A stretch of DNA of 63,252 nucleotides, counting the filler, from Octopus bimaculoides (Eukaryota), in NCBI RefSeq assembly GCF_001194135.2. It is 6 parts of 5 records of this genome, joined end to end, with 100 filler letters (N's around TTAATTAATTAA, not from the genome) between each part and the next. Parts side by side here need not be neighbours in the genome. Positions count along the whole stretch, not along the records: positions 46,218 to 55,552 come from NC_068991.1; positions 55,653 to 61,018 come from NC_068994.1; positions 61,119 to 63,252 come from NW_026368806.1; 3 more parts are not named here. One strand, written 5' to 3'. The notes under the pieces are model-generated. The model did no database searches, was not told where the DNA came from, and saw only the letters and a list, made by a program, of their open reading frames with translations. Shown piece after piece: positions 52,850-63,252 of the stretch. Numbering within the stretch: the stretch's first letter is position 1; every line of letters begins with the position of its first letter. The position numbers and the translations under genes were made by a program.

Positions 52850-55095
52850 AAGTTGACAAAAAGACAGCCATGATAGTGACCAGTGTCCTAAAATTGGAAG
52901 TTGGTTCATCTGGGACACTTGACAGGAAGAGGTCCAGCTTTATTTTGAAGATGCCTACATCCACCGCATGCAGGTCTCTCAGGTCCTTCGGGAGGATATT
53001 GAAGAGCTGTGGACCTCTGAAGCCCAGGCTATTGCAGTATCTTGTCCTACATCTTCATGGCAAATTTGGAGTCCTTGGCATTATGCAGTGGCGCCCAGTT
53101 CTAGTATTTGTGTAACTTTCGATGCTAAAGTTTGAGACAAGTCCTTCCAGGATCTTCCAGATGTATATTATGGCATATCTTTCTCGCCTACGGTCTAAGG
53201 AATAGAGTCTTAATCTCTTGAATCTTTCCCAATAGCTTATATACTGCATAGAGGCTATCTTCTTTGTGTAGCNNNNNNNNNNNNNNNNNNNNNNNNNNNN
53301 NNNNNNNNNNNNNNNNNNNNNNNNNNNNNNNNNNNNNNNNNNNNNNNNNNNNNNNNNNNNNNNNNNNNNNNNCATCCAGCTCACATTGCAGGTGCATAGT
53401 GTCTTCAGGGTTCTGTATTACCAGTGGGACTTTTGTATCATCTGTGTGGCTGAGGGCATGTCTGAGAGGGCCATTACGAACAGTAGTGGTCCCAAAACAG
53501 TGCCTTGCGGAACACCACTCAGTATTTGCGTGTCATAGGAGGTGGCTCCATTGGCTACTACCACCTGACTTCTCTCCTTCAGGAAGTCTAAAAGCCATTC
53601 TCCCAATTTTCCAACTATGCCAAGATCACGCAGTTTGTGACATATCATTCCATGATCGACTTTATCAAAGGCCTTTGCAAAGTCGAGATATATCACTTCC
53701 ATATTTGAGTGGTTGAGCAGCTGTTTCAGCATCCAGTCATAGTGTTGTAAGAGCTGAGTCAGGAAGCTTCTTCCTGGTCGGAAACCATGTTGGGTGTCAG
53801 GCAGCAAGTCATTTTCTTCAAGGAAGGTGATTAGTTTTCTTCATGACCTTTCTGATGTGTGAGGTCAAAGAGATAGGTCTGTAGTTCTTGGCCTCTGCTC
53901 TGNNNNNNNNNNNNNNNNNNNNNNNNNNNNNNNNNNNNNNNNNNNNNNNNNNNNNNNNNNNNNNNNNNNNNNNNNNNNNNNNNNNNNNNNNNNNNNNNNN
54001 NNNNNNNNNNNNNNNNNNNNNNNNNNNNNNNNNNNNNNNNNNNNNNNNNNNNNNNNNNNNNNNNNNNNNNNNNNNNNNNNNNNNNNNNNNNNNNNNNNNN
54101 NNNNNNNNNNNNNNNNNNNNNNNNNNNNNNNNNNNNNNNNNNNNNNNNNNNNNNNNNNNNNNNNNNNNNNNNNNNNNNNNNNNNNNNNNNNNNNNNNNNN
54201 NNNNNNNNNNNNNNNNNNNNNNNNNNNNNNNNNNNNNNNNNNNNNNNNNNNNNNNNNNNNNNNNNNNNNNNNNNNNNNNNNNNNNNNNNNNNNNNNNNNN
54301 NNNNNNNNNNNNNNNNNNNNNNNNNNNNNNNNNNNNNNNNNNNNNNNNNNNNNNNNNNNNNNNNNNNNNNNNNNNNNNNNNNNNNNNNNNNNNNNNNNNN
54401 NNNNNNNNNNNNNNNNNNNNNNNNNNNNNNNNNNNNNNNNNNNNNNNNNNNNNNNNNNNNNNNNNTAAATCTCCAGCAGTTGTATTTTGAGGCGGGACTT
54501 TTCACTGTTTTCAATTTGCTTGTTTAGGTGATTTGAAACTTTTGTACGCCGTCTCATAAGAATTTTCCTCTCCCTGTTGATTTTGTTCTTGTATACAGTG
54601 GCCTTTCTCTCCAGGACACATTTGTAGCATATGGCTTGCATTACAGACATAAATTGTTGAAGTTTCATGTCGATGTCCGGTGAGGAGAGATATTTAGGCC
54701 AGTTTTGTTTGAGGATCTCTTTATCAATTTGTTTCCAGTTTGCCTTATGGAAGTTCAAGCTGGAAAGATTCTGAGAGTTTCTTGTAGGCTGCATGTCCAT
54801 GGTTTCCTTTGGTCCGTACATGGTCAGCTCTACCATGTTGTGATCCGAGAGTTTGTGTTGGTGTCACTTTCACATTATGGATGAGATCCATATTATTTGT
54901 GAAGCAGAGATCCAGTATGTTACCTGCCCTTGTTGGTTGGAGTACTATTTGTTCCATGTACAAAGTGTTGATGACATTCAGGAGGGACTTCACCTGTCCT
55001 TGTTTGCATCGTGTCATTCCTGGGAGAGAAAGGCCCTCGGGCCATCTGACATTGGGCAGATTGAAGTCTCCCATAAGAAGTACACTTTTTTGTTC
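52850..55095 (-). mobile_element. CR1-clade LINE ORF2 (5'-truncated endonuclease, RT and C-terminus), gapped
   Basis: MGDFNLP..PTRAGNILDLCFTN; QHGFRPGRS, YLDFAKAFDKVDH, SGVPQGTVLGPLLF; YWERFKRLRLYSLDRRRERY. Confidence 0.93.
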
Positions 55096-55099
55096 TAAT

Positions 55100-55516
55100 G
55101 TGACTAGAATTTCTGTAGGTTTTTACTACACTCTAAATGCTTTGCAACATTTGTTTTTGAAAGTAGTAGTTTTCTGATTGCAGCCCTCCCATGAAAGCCG
55201 GCTTTGTGCAGCTCTCGGTGAACAATTTTTGTGGAAACTGGGTTCCCGAGGTGGTCTGCAGTAATTTTGGGAGCTGTACTCTTGTGATCCTTTCTAACAA
55301 TTTGCATAAGTGTCTGATGGTCCCTATCTGTAAATTTTAGTTTTCTTCCAGAGTTTTGTTTTGATGAGGAGGTTTTTCCTTCTTTCTCAAAAGCTGTCAT
55401 TACTTTCAAGACGGTAATTCTTGATATGCTAAACAATTCGGCTGTTTTCGTTACTATGCATCTGCCATACGAGCACCAACAATTTGACTTCTTTGAATGT
55501 CTGATAGATCTGTCAT
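55100..55516 (-). mobile_element. Tc1 transposase N-terminal (HTH) fragment, frameshifted
   Basis: MTDLSDIQRSQIVGARMA / ELFSISRITVLKVM..GKTSSSKQNSGRK..VSTKIVHRELHKAGFHGRAAIRK. Confidence 0.88.
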
Positions 55517-55652
55517 TTTAATGAATTTTAATTACCTTTTTCTGATGATATCNNNNNNNNNNNNNNNNNNNNNNNNNNNNNNNNNNNNNNNNNNNNTTAA
55601 TTAATTAANNNNNNNNNNNNNNNNNNNNNNNNNNNNNNNNNNNNNNNNNNNN

Positions 55653-55690
<38 letters not shown>

Positions 55691-55722
55691 ATCAAAAGCA
55701 ATAATCAACTCCAAAACAGTAC

Positions 55723-55822
55723 CGGAGACACTCATAAGGTCCGCTATCTTCTTTGCCGTACACCTTATCAGTAGCTTCATAGGCGAGTTCTTCCATTTGC
55801 TTAGGTTTAACACCTTCGTTAT
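55723..55822 (-). CDS. DCTN1: Internal exon of dynactin subunit 1 (p150Glued): (D)NEGVKPKQMEELAYEATDKVYGKEDSGPYECL(R)
   Basis: On the - strand the acceptor is tatcctgaccAG and the donor GTACTG; 100 nt, phase 1/2, no stops. Matches the recalled DCTN1 segment ENEGL...LEELAFKASEQIYG...SSPYECLR. Confidence 0.85.
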
Positions 55823-58240
55823 CTGGTCAGGATATACAGAGTTCATCAAATCAGCAGACATTTAAAAGAAAAACAGTCTAATATGGGGGGAGTGGTGGTG
55901 GTGGGGATTCCTTCATGTTTGAATAAATCTAATTATGGTTAATATTTTATTTCTGTCTATTCCACTTACCAATTTTTGACTAATTACATTAATTCACATA
56001 TTTCAAAACTATAGTTACATTATATAAAGGAATATAACATGGCATCATTGATTAAGAACTAGAAGAGGTGTGGGTTTGGGAGAAGGGGCATGATCAGAGG
56101 AAGACCTGCAGTACCCATGGGAAGCGTTGCTGTTGCGTAGGGGTTCATAAACCTTTTTTATTTTTATTTTTTTTGTAGTGTCCCTTTTTAAGTAGTTGTT
56201 AAGACTAGTCTCAACTTAAATGGTGAGTGAGGTATCACGATTAAACTAACTTAACATGGACAATAATTTATAAATTTTACTCTAAAAATGGATTGTATAA
56301 TCTTAATAGCAAATTGTAAAAAATTGATAAAGACAAAAGTTGTAAAATTACTTTAAACATTGCAAGTTAATGATTTCCTTGTGCCTAATGAGATCTCATT
56401 TTATTTTAATAAACATNNNNNNNNNNNNNNNNNNNNNNNNNNNNNNNNNNNNNNNNNNNNNNNNNNNNNNNNNNNNNNNNNNNNNNNNNNNNNNNNNNNN
56501 NNNNNNNNNNNNNNNNNNNNNNNNNNNNNNNNNNNNNNNNNNNNNNNNNNNNNNNNNNNNNNNNNNNNNNNNNNNNNNNNNNNNNNNNNNNNNNNNNNNN
56601 NNNNNNNNNNNNNNNNNNNNNNNNNNNNNNNNNNNNNNNNNNNNNNNNNNNNNNNNNNNNNNNNNNNNNNNNNNNNNNNNNNNNNNNNNNNNNNNNNNNN
56701 NNNNNNNNNNNNNNNNNNNNNNNNNNNNNNNNNNNNNNNNNNNNNNNNNNNNNNNNNNNNNNNNNNNNNNNNNNNNNNNNNNNNNNNNNNNNNNNNNNNN
56801 NNNNNNNNNNNNNNNNNNNNNNNNNNNNNNNNNNNNNNNNNNNNNNNNNNNNNNNNNNNNNNNNNNNNNNNNNNNNNNNNNNNNNNNNNNNNNNNNNNNN
56901 NNNNNNNNNNNNNNNNNNNNNNNNNNNNNNNNNNNNNNNNNNNNNNNNNNNNNNNNNNNNNNNNNNNNNNNNNNNNNNNNNNNNNNNNNNNNNNNNNNNN
57001 CAGAATCACAACATCACTTTACTTATGACATGGAATATAATACATTTAAAGATAAAATTTATTTATGGAAAGTAAAATTACCAAAAAATTTAATCATTAA
57101 ATATGCTTTTTATGGTGGGGAAAAAAAATGTGATAAAGTTTAATTACTATATTTTTTTTTTTCTTAAAAATATCTGATTTTAAAAAGTTAAGTGATTTGA
57201 TAATTAGAAACTTTTCAATACAAATTTGTAAATTGAAATAAAATATTTCTGTAGAAAATATAAAACTGGAATTCCCCATGTGGGTACATGAAATTCAAAT
57301 TATCAAAAATTAATAAATTAGAGTCTTATAGAGACTTGTAGGTTAAAGATGATAAATTGTTGAAAATCTATGAGGAATAAAATAAAAAAAGGAAAAAAAA
57401 AGAAAAAATATCACAAGTCAAAAATCTGCATTTCATTTCCAAGATTTTCAGATTTTCAAAATGCTTTCCATTATAAAGCATGCAGCAGTTGAACATTGCA
57501 ACCTTAACATTGAGCCTACTCTTTTTATACATACATTATATATATATATATCCCATTCCAGCTTCAATTCTACAGCAAGTCTAGTGTATTATTATTTCTA
57601 TTATAGCTGTTGTTATAAATCTAATAGTCTTTTACAAGCTAGCGACTACTGGCAGAATTAAGCTTGAGTGAGTGACGCCTGAAATAATGGAAACCATTTT
57701 GAAAGTACCTCTTGATGGAAATCCCTTTTACAAGATAATTCAGATGGATGTTAACACAATTTTTGTAAGAATGTCATACTTTTAGAATAAAATATTTTTT
57801 CAACATTCATATATATCAAAATGAAAAGACAGTATATTTAAATGTTGTCAGTATTTCAGGAAAAAATACTACCAACATTCAAATAGCTTCGTTTTTTAGT
57901 TTTATTTCAATACTTATATTTAGAAAGAATTTTTAGGAACATCCAATTCCTTAAATGCTAAATCTAAAGAAACTGTTGATAAAAGATTTGCTGCAATAAA
58001 ATAGTGGCAATAATGTCTCTAATTTCATTCCACATTCAGAATCTTCTAGCTGGCATGCCTCACATGGAAGAACTCGTAAAACAAAATTGGACAACATCTA
58101 GAGATGCAACACAGGAAAAAAGAAATATTACCACAATATGAGAAATGAAGGAAAATTTTAGATAATAATTAAATAACTATACCTTACAACAGCAAAAAAG
58201 AAACAAGAAACAAAAAAAGAAATTATTGTAGTAATTCGAG

Positions 58241-58597
58241 TAAGCATGGTTGTATGGTTAGAAGCTTGCTTTACAACCACATGGTTTCAGGTTCAATCCC
58301 ACTGTGTGGCACCTTGGGGAAAATGTCTTCTACTATAGTCCCTGGCTGACCAATACCTTGTGAGATAATTTAGCAGGTGGAAATTAAGTGAAAGCCAATT
58401 GCATATATGTGTGTGTGTGTGTGTGTGTGTGGCCTTGTGTTTGTGCATGTCCCCCACCTATGTTACACCCAGTAACATAGTGGTTTTCACAAAAACAGAC
58501 CTATGGAATAAGTACCAGCCTTAAAAAAATAAATACTGAGGTTCATTTGTTTGACTAAATCCAACATGACTAAAATTCAATGACTGAAACAAGTAAA
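58241..58597 (+). mobile_element. SINE family D (head, internal TG microsatellite, tail), CpG-depleted
   Basis: Head matches the 24436 copy; tail ...gaataagtacc...aatgactgaaacaagtaaaa matches 22320-22517. Confidence 0.78.
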
Positions 58598-58929
58598 AAA
58601 ATAGTTATGAGTTTTATTATATTCTTTGAAATTTTTTTTGTTTTACATACTCTGAATAACTGTCTTGGAAATTTCTAGAAAAGTCATGAAAATATTCTAG
58701 TTACTACCAACATAGTAAGGTGACAGAATTTTTTTTAAAATATTATTAATAGCCCTAAATAATCCCTTTTGTTGTCATATTTCTGCTGATATGTACTGCC
58801 TTTGTTTCAATTAATTTTGAAAATAATGAATTCCGTAAAAGAATAACTGTCAGTATTGTACCAGTGTTTGGAACAAAAATTAACATGAAATTTTGATGGA
58901 AGGTTTTAATTTAGATCACATAAAAACAC

Positions 58930-59620
58930 AAAGTCTATGATAGAAAAGAGCAGTCTTGGGCGACTTGGTATCAAAAAAGTTAATCAGATGTATGATCAAA
59001 AAGCATTCCAACAAGAATTGTGCTGCTTTTTTTTTATATTTGGAATCACATGGTCCAATGTGTCCTTTCTTTTCAAGTGACCATGTAGAGGCTAAAATGG
59101 TATCTGTATCTCTGACAAGACAACTATCAGTTATTATCCTACTAGAGCGCCTTCAACGAGCTTCTAAACATCTGGTAATTAAGTATTTCAAAGTTAAAAA
59201 GGCTTGCTTTCTTCAGGGCATATGTAGAGAGCATTTTCTTCTGCAGAGAAGAAACCTGAACTATGGAGGAGTTTCGAGACTGCCTTGATAATACAAACAC
59301 CAGGCTTCTCATGAGGGCATAAAACATGAGAAGTGTGAGCATAAGACCAAAGATATTTATGGACACATTCTGACCATCTCTGCTATTATTACTCAAGGCA
59401 GTGTGAATTTTGCTGGCCACTGCAATTGCATTGAACAACAGGCTATAATTAGAGGTTATATTTTGGAGACTTCTGCAATTGAATAGATGAAGACCACTCA
59501 AACTACACAGAAGTTTCAGGCTGAGATACAAACAACATGAAACTGAGTATCTACCAAAACTTATAGGAGACAGCAATCCCTGGCACAGCATTCTGAGATG
59601 CATCTCAGTTACAACTGTTT
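58930..59620 (+). mobile_element. Degraded RTEX-type LINE 3' fragment
   Basis: Frameshifted AYVESIFFCREET*TM..LDNTNTRLLMRA, KDIYGHIL, NFAGHC and LPKLIGD..WHSI. Confidence 0.75.
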
Positions 59621-60460
59621 CAAAGAAGTGGCCAACAGTATCATTTATATATAGCATCAGAGAAGTATAATTTACAATGTGTAAATGGAAGGACGGTGTT
59701 TGATGTGTTCAAAAGATGCTTCATTAACATGTAAAACTGAGTTCAAGTAGTCTTATAGGTATACTTTAGAGCCATGGAGTCTGCAAGCTTGGCATGACCT
59801 GGACATACTATACAGAAGTAAGCCTTCAGTGGTTCTCCAATAGGTTAATATATCTGATTTCAAAAATATCCATCTAGTACACATTTTGCTTTGATAAAAA
59901 ACACATTTAAAATAAAAAATCGAATTTCATTATGTAATTTATAAAATTTATATATGTAATTTAATAAAAGGAGGGAAATAAGTAGAGTTGATATTTGTCC
60001 AATTTTGTTTTAGTAGTTCACTTCCAGGCAAGGTTCAGCAAAATCAAGGCAGCAACAAATCATTTCAACTAAAACTATGCTGGTTTCTAATAAAATCATG
60101 ACTGTAGGCAGTTCACAAAAAGATCAAAGCCTAATACTTTAGATTAGTTTATCAACAAAGCTTTTCTATCTTCAAAATGAAACCAGTTAGTATAACTATA
60201 ATTGCTTCACATTACAGGGCAAAAGAAGAGCATACAATCGAACTTTTTAATCTTCCCTTAAAAACATATACAACTAGATAAAAGGTCATTCTACAAAATG
60301 ACATGGAAACAACAAAAGAACATTTCCTAATCTAAGAAAAATTAAGAAAGGAAAATTAGCTGGGTTTATTTAGCATTATTATTAAGTTCTAGTTTCACTT
60401 TTGTTTGGCTGAAATAAAAAAAATTTTTACGGAGTAAAAAAAAATGAGAGTAACACAACC

Positions 60461-60491
<31 letters not shown>

Positions 60492-63252
60492 TGACTAAGA
60501 TTTGAAATTCTTTGCAACCAACAATCCTTGTCATATCAGAAAACACCGAAAAAATATTACAACATGGCAGTTTGTCAACAACACAAAAATGCAAACTGAT
60601 TGTAAGCAATAATCCTTGAAAATGTAACATAGCAAACAACACTCAAGATTGTGTCCCATTTTGTTTTTGTTTGTTCTTTTTTTTTTTCCTATTAAGTATC
60701 AAATATTTTAGAGTATTTCTTCAACACAATCTAAATGTAAATAATGAGATGCAAAACTGACAATATTAAAGTCATCAACTAGAATTGACTTCACAGTGTG
60801 TTCCACTTCGTATATTATAGAGAACTGATTATTTAGTGAACTCTGTGCTCAAAATTTTAACATCAAAAGATGGGGCCAACACTAATTCATGTAGACCTAA
60901 TTAGAAACAACAGAGAATCAATTAGTCATGTCTAACTATCTTTACATAAATGTAAAAATTAAAACGTACCTGATTGATACATAAAAATTGGTAGGAGTTG
61001 CTTCTTAACAGATATTTANNNNNNNNNNNNNNNNNNNNNNNNNNNNNNNNNNNNNNNNNNNNTTAATTAATTAANNNNNNNNNNNNNNNNNNNNNNNNNN
61101 NNNNNNNNNNNNNNNNNNTGAAAACATATTTTGTTTTGTTATGAAGGAATATTTCTGTTCAAAACCCAGACTAAGAAGGCAAAATGATAATAGGTTAACA
61201 AAATGGAATGTCCAAAACTATTATTCTACATTTGAATATTTTAACTGAAAATTTTAAGATTTAATATCAATAGTAACCAACATTCAAACTGTTATAACAG
61301 GCAAGATATANNNNNNNNNNTAATATCAATAGTAACCAACATTCAAACTGTTATAACAGGCAAGATATAATGTATAGATGACAAACTATTATAACATATA
61401 ATGTAAGATGGGTGAATTATTATAACATGTGAGGTATAATGTATAGAGGGACAATAAACTTCTGACAGTCAAAGATTTACTTGTAATTACTTAAAGAGTA
61501 TAGCTTAATGAAGTTCCTATTACAGATCTTAATAGAAAACTCCAACTTCATTTTGGTAGCAGCCTAGATACTGTTTAAACGATGGGGATTTTATATATAA
61601 TGCGCTCTTAAAGGAGTAAATGTAACAGGTAGATNNNNNNNNNNCGTACCATTCATTTCTGATGTAGCTAGTGTAAAAAGACTTCCGTGGTGTAGAGTGA
61701 GTCAAAACAAGAGATGGTAATTATGAAATTCATTGTGCAGCAAATGGAGTAAGTTATTTAATATTCAAAGTTAAGATTTTTAAACCAAATATCATTACCA
61801 TCATCATCATCATCATCATCATTTAATGTCTGTTGTCTATGCTGGCATGGGTNNNNNNNNNNCATCATCATCATCATCATTTAATGTCTGTTGTCTATGC
61901 TGGCATGGGTTGTCGGACAGTTTGACCAGGCAAGCTGGAAGGCTGGTTTCTACGGCTGGATGCCCTTCCTAATACCATCTACTCTGAGAGTGTAATGAGT
62001 GCTAAATATGTTTTCATGTATGGAATTTGCTTCCATTGCACTTTTTCAGGACAGTTCCAGACATTTTTTTATGTTCTCCAATGGGCAAGTACTTCAAAGG
62101 ACCAACTAGANNNNNNNNNNAACAGACAGAAATAAACAAACAGCTTTTGAAAGGATTTGTGATTTGGTTGATGACCACCCATCAACCAGTAAAAGAGTAT
62201 TGACACAACTGCTGAATAAGGATTGTCAGTTACCCCACAACACGTCTGAGAGCTGCCGTAAGATTCCAGGTAAGCAAGATTTTACTGGTATTGGGGGTTG
62301 TGTTGATGTTATCAGTTGAATTGGTGCATTGATTTTGTTGTTGTGTTGATGTTGTTTGCAATAATTNNNNNNNNNNGAATTGGTGCATTGATTTTGTTGT
62401 TGTGTTGATGTTGTTTGCAATAATTATTTGTTTACTCTTATGTTGTATCTTGTAATAAGCTGCAGGATTCCCAGGCAGTGTTTATAATTTTAACACTGTT
62501 GTCCAGGTGTTGAAACCATAGTGATACCTGTTTGGCAGCTGATGATGTGAATACTTGGGCACTACTTAAATATTGATGTCTAGTTTAGAGAGGTTCTGTG
62601 GCATCTAAATATTTTTGATGATGCTGGTGGTGATGATCGCACTCTTAGGTAACAGAACTTTGTTTACTGGAAACCAAACACCCTCCAATTTGACAAAAAA
62701 AAAAATTTTAGGGAAATTTGGCTGCTATTTCTAGCAGATGAATGGCCATGTTGAGCAATAATTCTGGCTTGCAGTATCTTTAGGGGGCCGTTGGAAGCCC
62801 ATAAGAAAGGAACAAAATGTTAAGGGGGTACTTGGTGCTCAGAGGTGTTGTGATTTTTCTTTAGAATAAAATATTTAAACCAAATACAATTCTTTAAACA
62901 CATTTTTCAAAAGTGAAAAGGAAAAAAAACAAAAAAAACTCTTTGTTGTTGAATTAAAATGTAAGACATTGTGCTATAAGTGAGCAGAAATATAACTGAT
63001 GGTGTGACCAACATAATTTTGCTATGTAAGCTCTATAATTTTCATTAAAAAAAAGAAATTGGAGGAAATTCTATTGCATTACTTGGATAATAAACCACAA
63101 TATAAAATTAGTTTCAGAAAAAAACAATAACTTTTGTTTTTTTCTTTTTTGTTAGAGTTAGTCTAGATGAAATGCAGTTTGGTTTTGTGTGAGGGAGAAG
63201 CACCACTGACCATATATTCCTGGTAAGGCAACTTCAGAACTACCTGGCCACG

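Noticed and set aside
55960-55985. Strong - strand donor TTG/GTAAGT just upstream of the DCTN1 exon
   Set aside because: An in-frame TAG lies a few codons upstream and the sequence does not resemble DCTN1.
59142-59657. 171-aa - strand ORF that looks hydrophobic
   Set aside because: It is the antisense shadow of a degraded RTEX-type LINE on the + strand.
63225-63252. GNFRTTWP as a possible last CARP exon (NFRP motif)
   Set aside because: Preceded by an in-frame stop, no acceptor, and it lacks the RPxQP pattern.

Overview
Eukaryotic, repeat-dense, gappy draft-genome DNA. It is most likely an octopus, inferred from the SINE families, Dong/R4 and RTE LINEs and the very heavy microsatellite load. 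There is no prokaryotic content and no CRISPR array. Only four host coding exons are well supported. Three consecutive + strand exons (1827-1922, 8252-8318, 10301-10455) have canonical AG/GT sites and matching phases and splice into 106 codons of an alpha-carbonic-anhydrase-related protein (CA10/CARP-like). One - strand exon (55723-55822) encodes part of dynactin p150Glued (DCTN1-like). The rest is intron/intergenic DNA: four tRNA-type SINE families, a cluster of about eight Dong/R4-type retrotransposon pieces in (TAA)n arrays at 36.6-45.9 kb, an RTE LINE carrying a nested TSD-flanked RTEX-type insert, a CR1 LINE, a Tc1 fragment, small inverted-repeat elements (one with a telomere-like core), microsatellites and assembly artefacts. 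Nearly all ORFs in the supplied track are microsatellite, N-run or antisense-to-TE artefacts. I did not find a convincing wholly new gene system. The best leads are the TAA-targeted retrotransposon hotspot, the nested non-autonomous RTEX-type element, the telomere-core MITE, the CARP that keeps His119, and an apparent CpG-decay boundary near DCTN1. All protein-family calls come from recalled motifs, not database searches.
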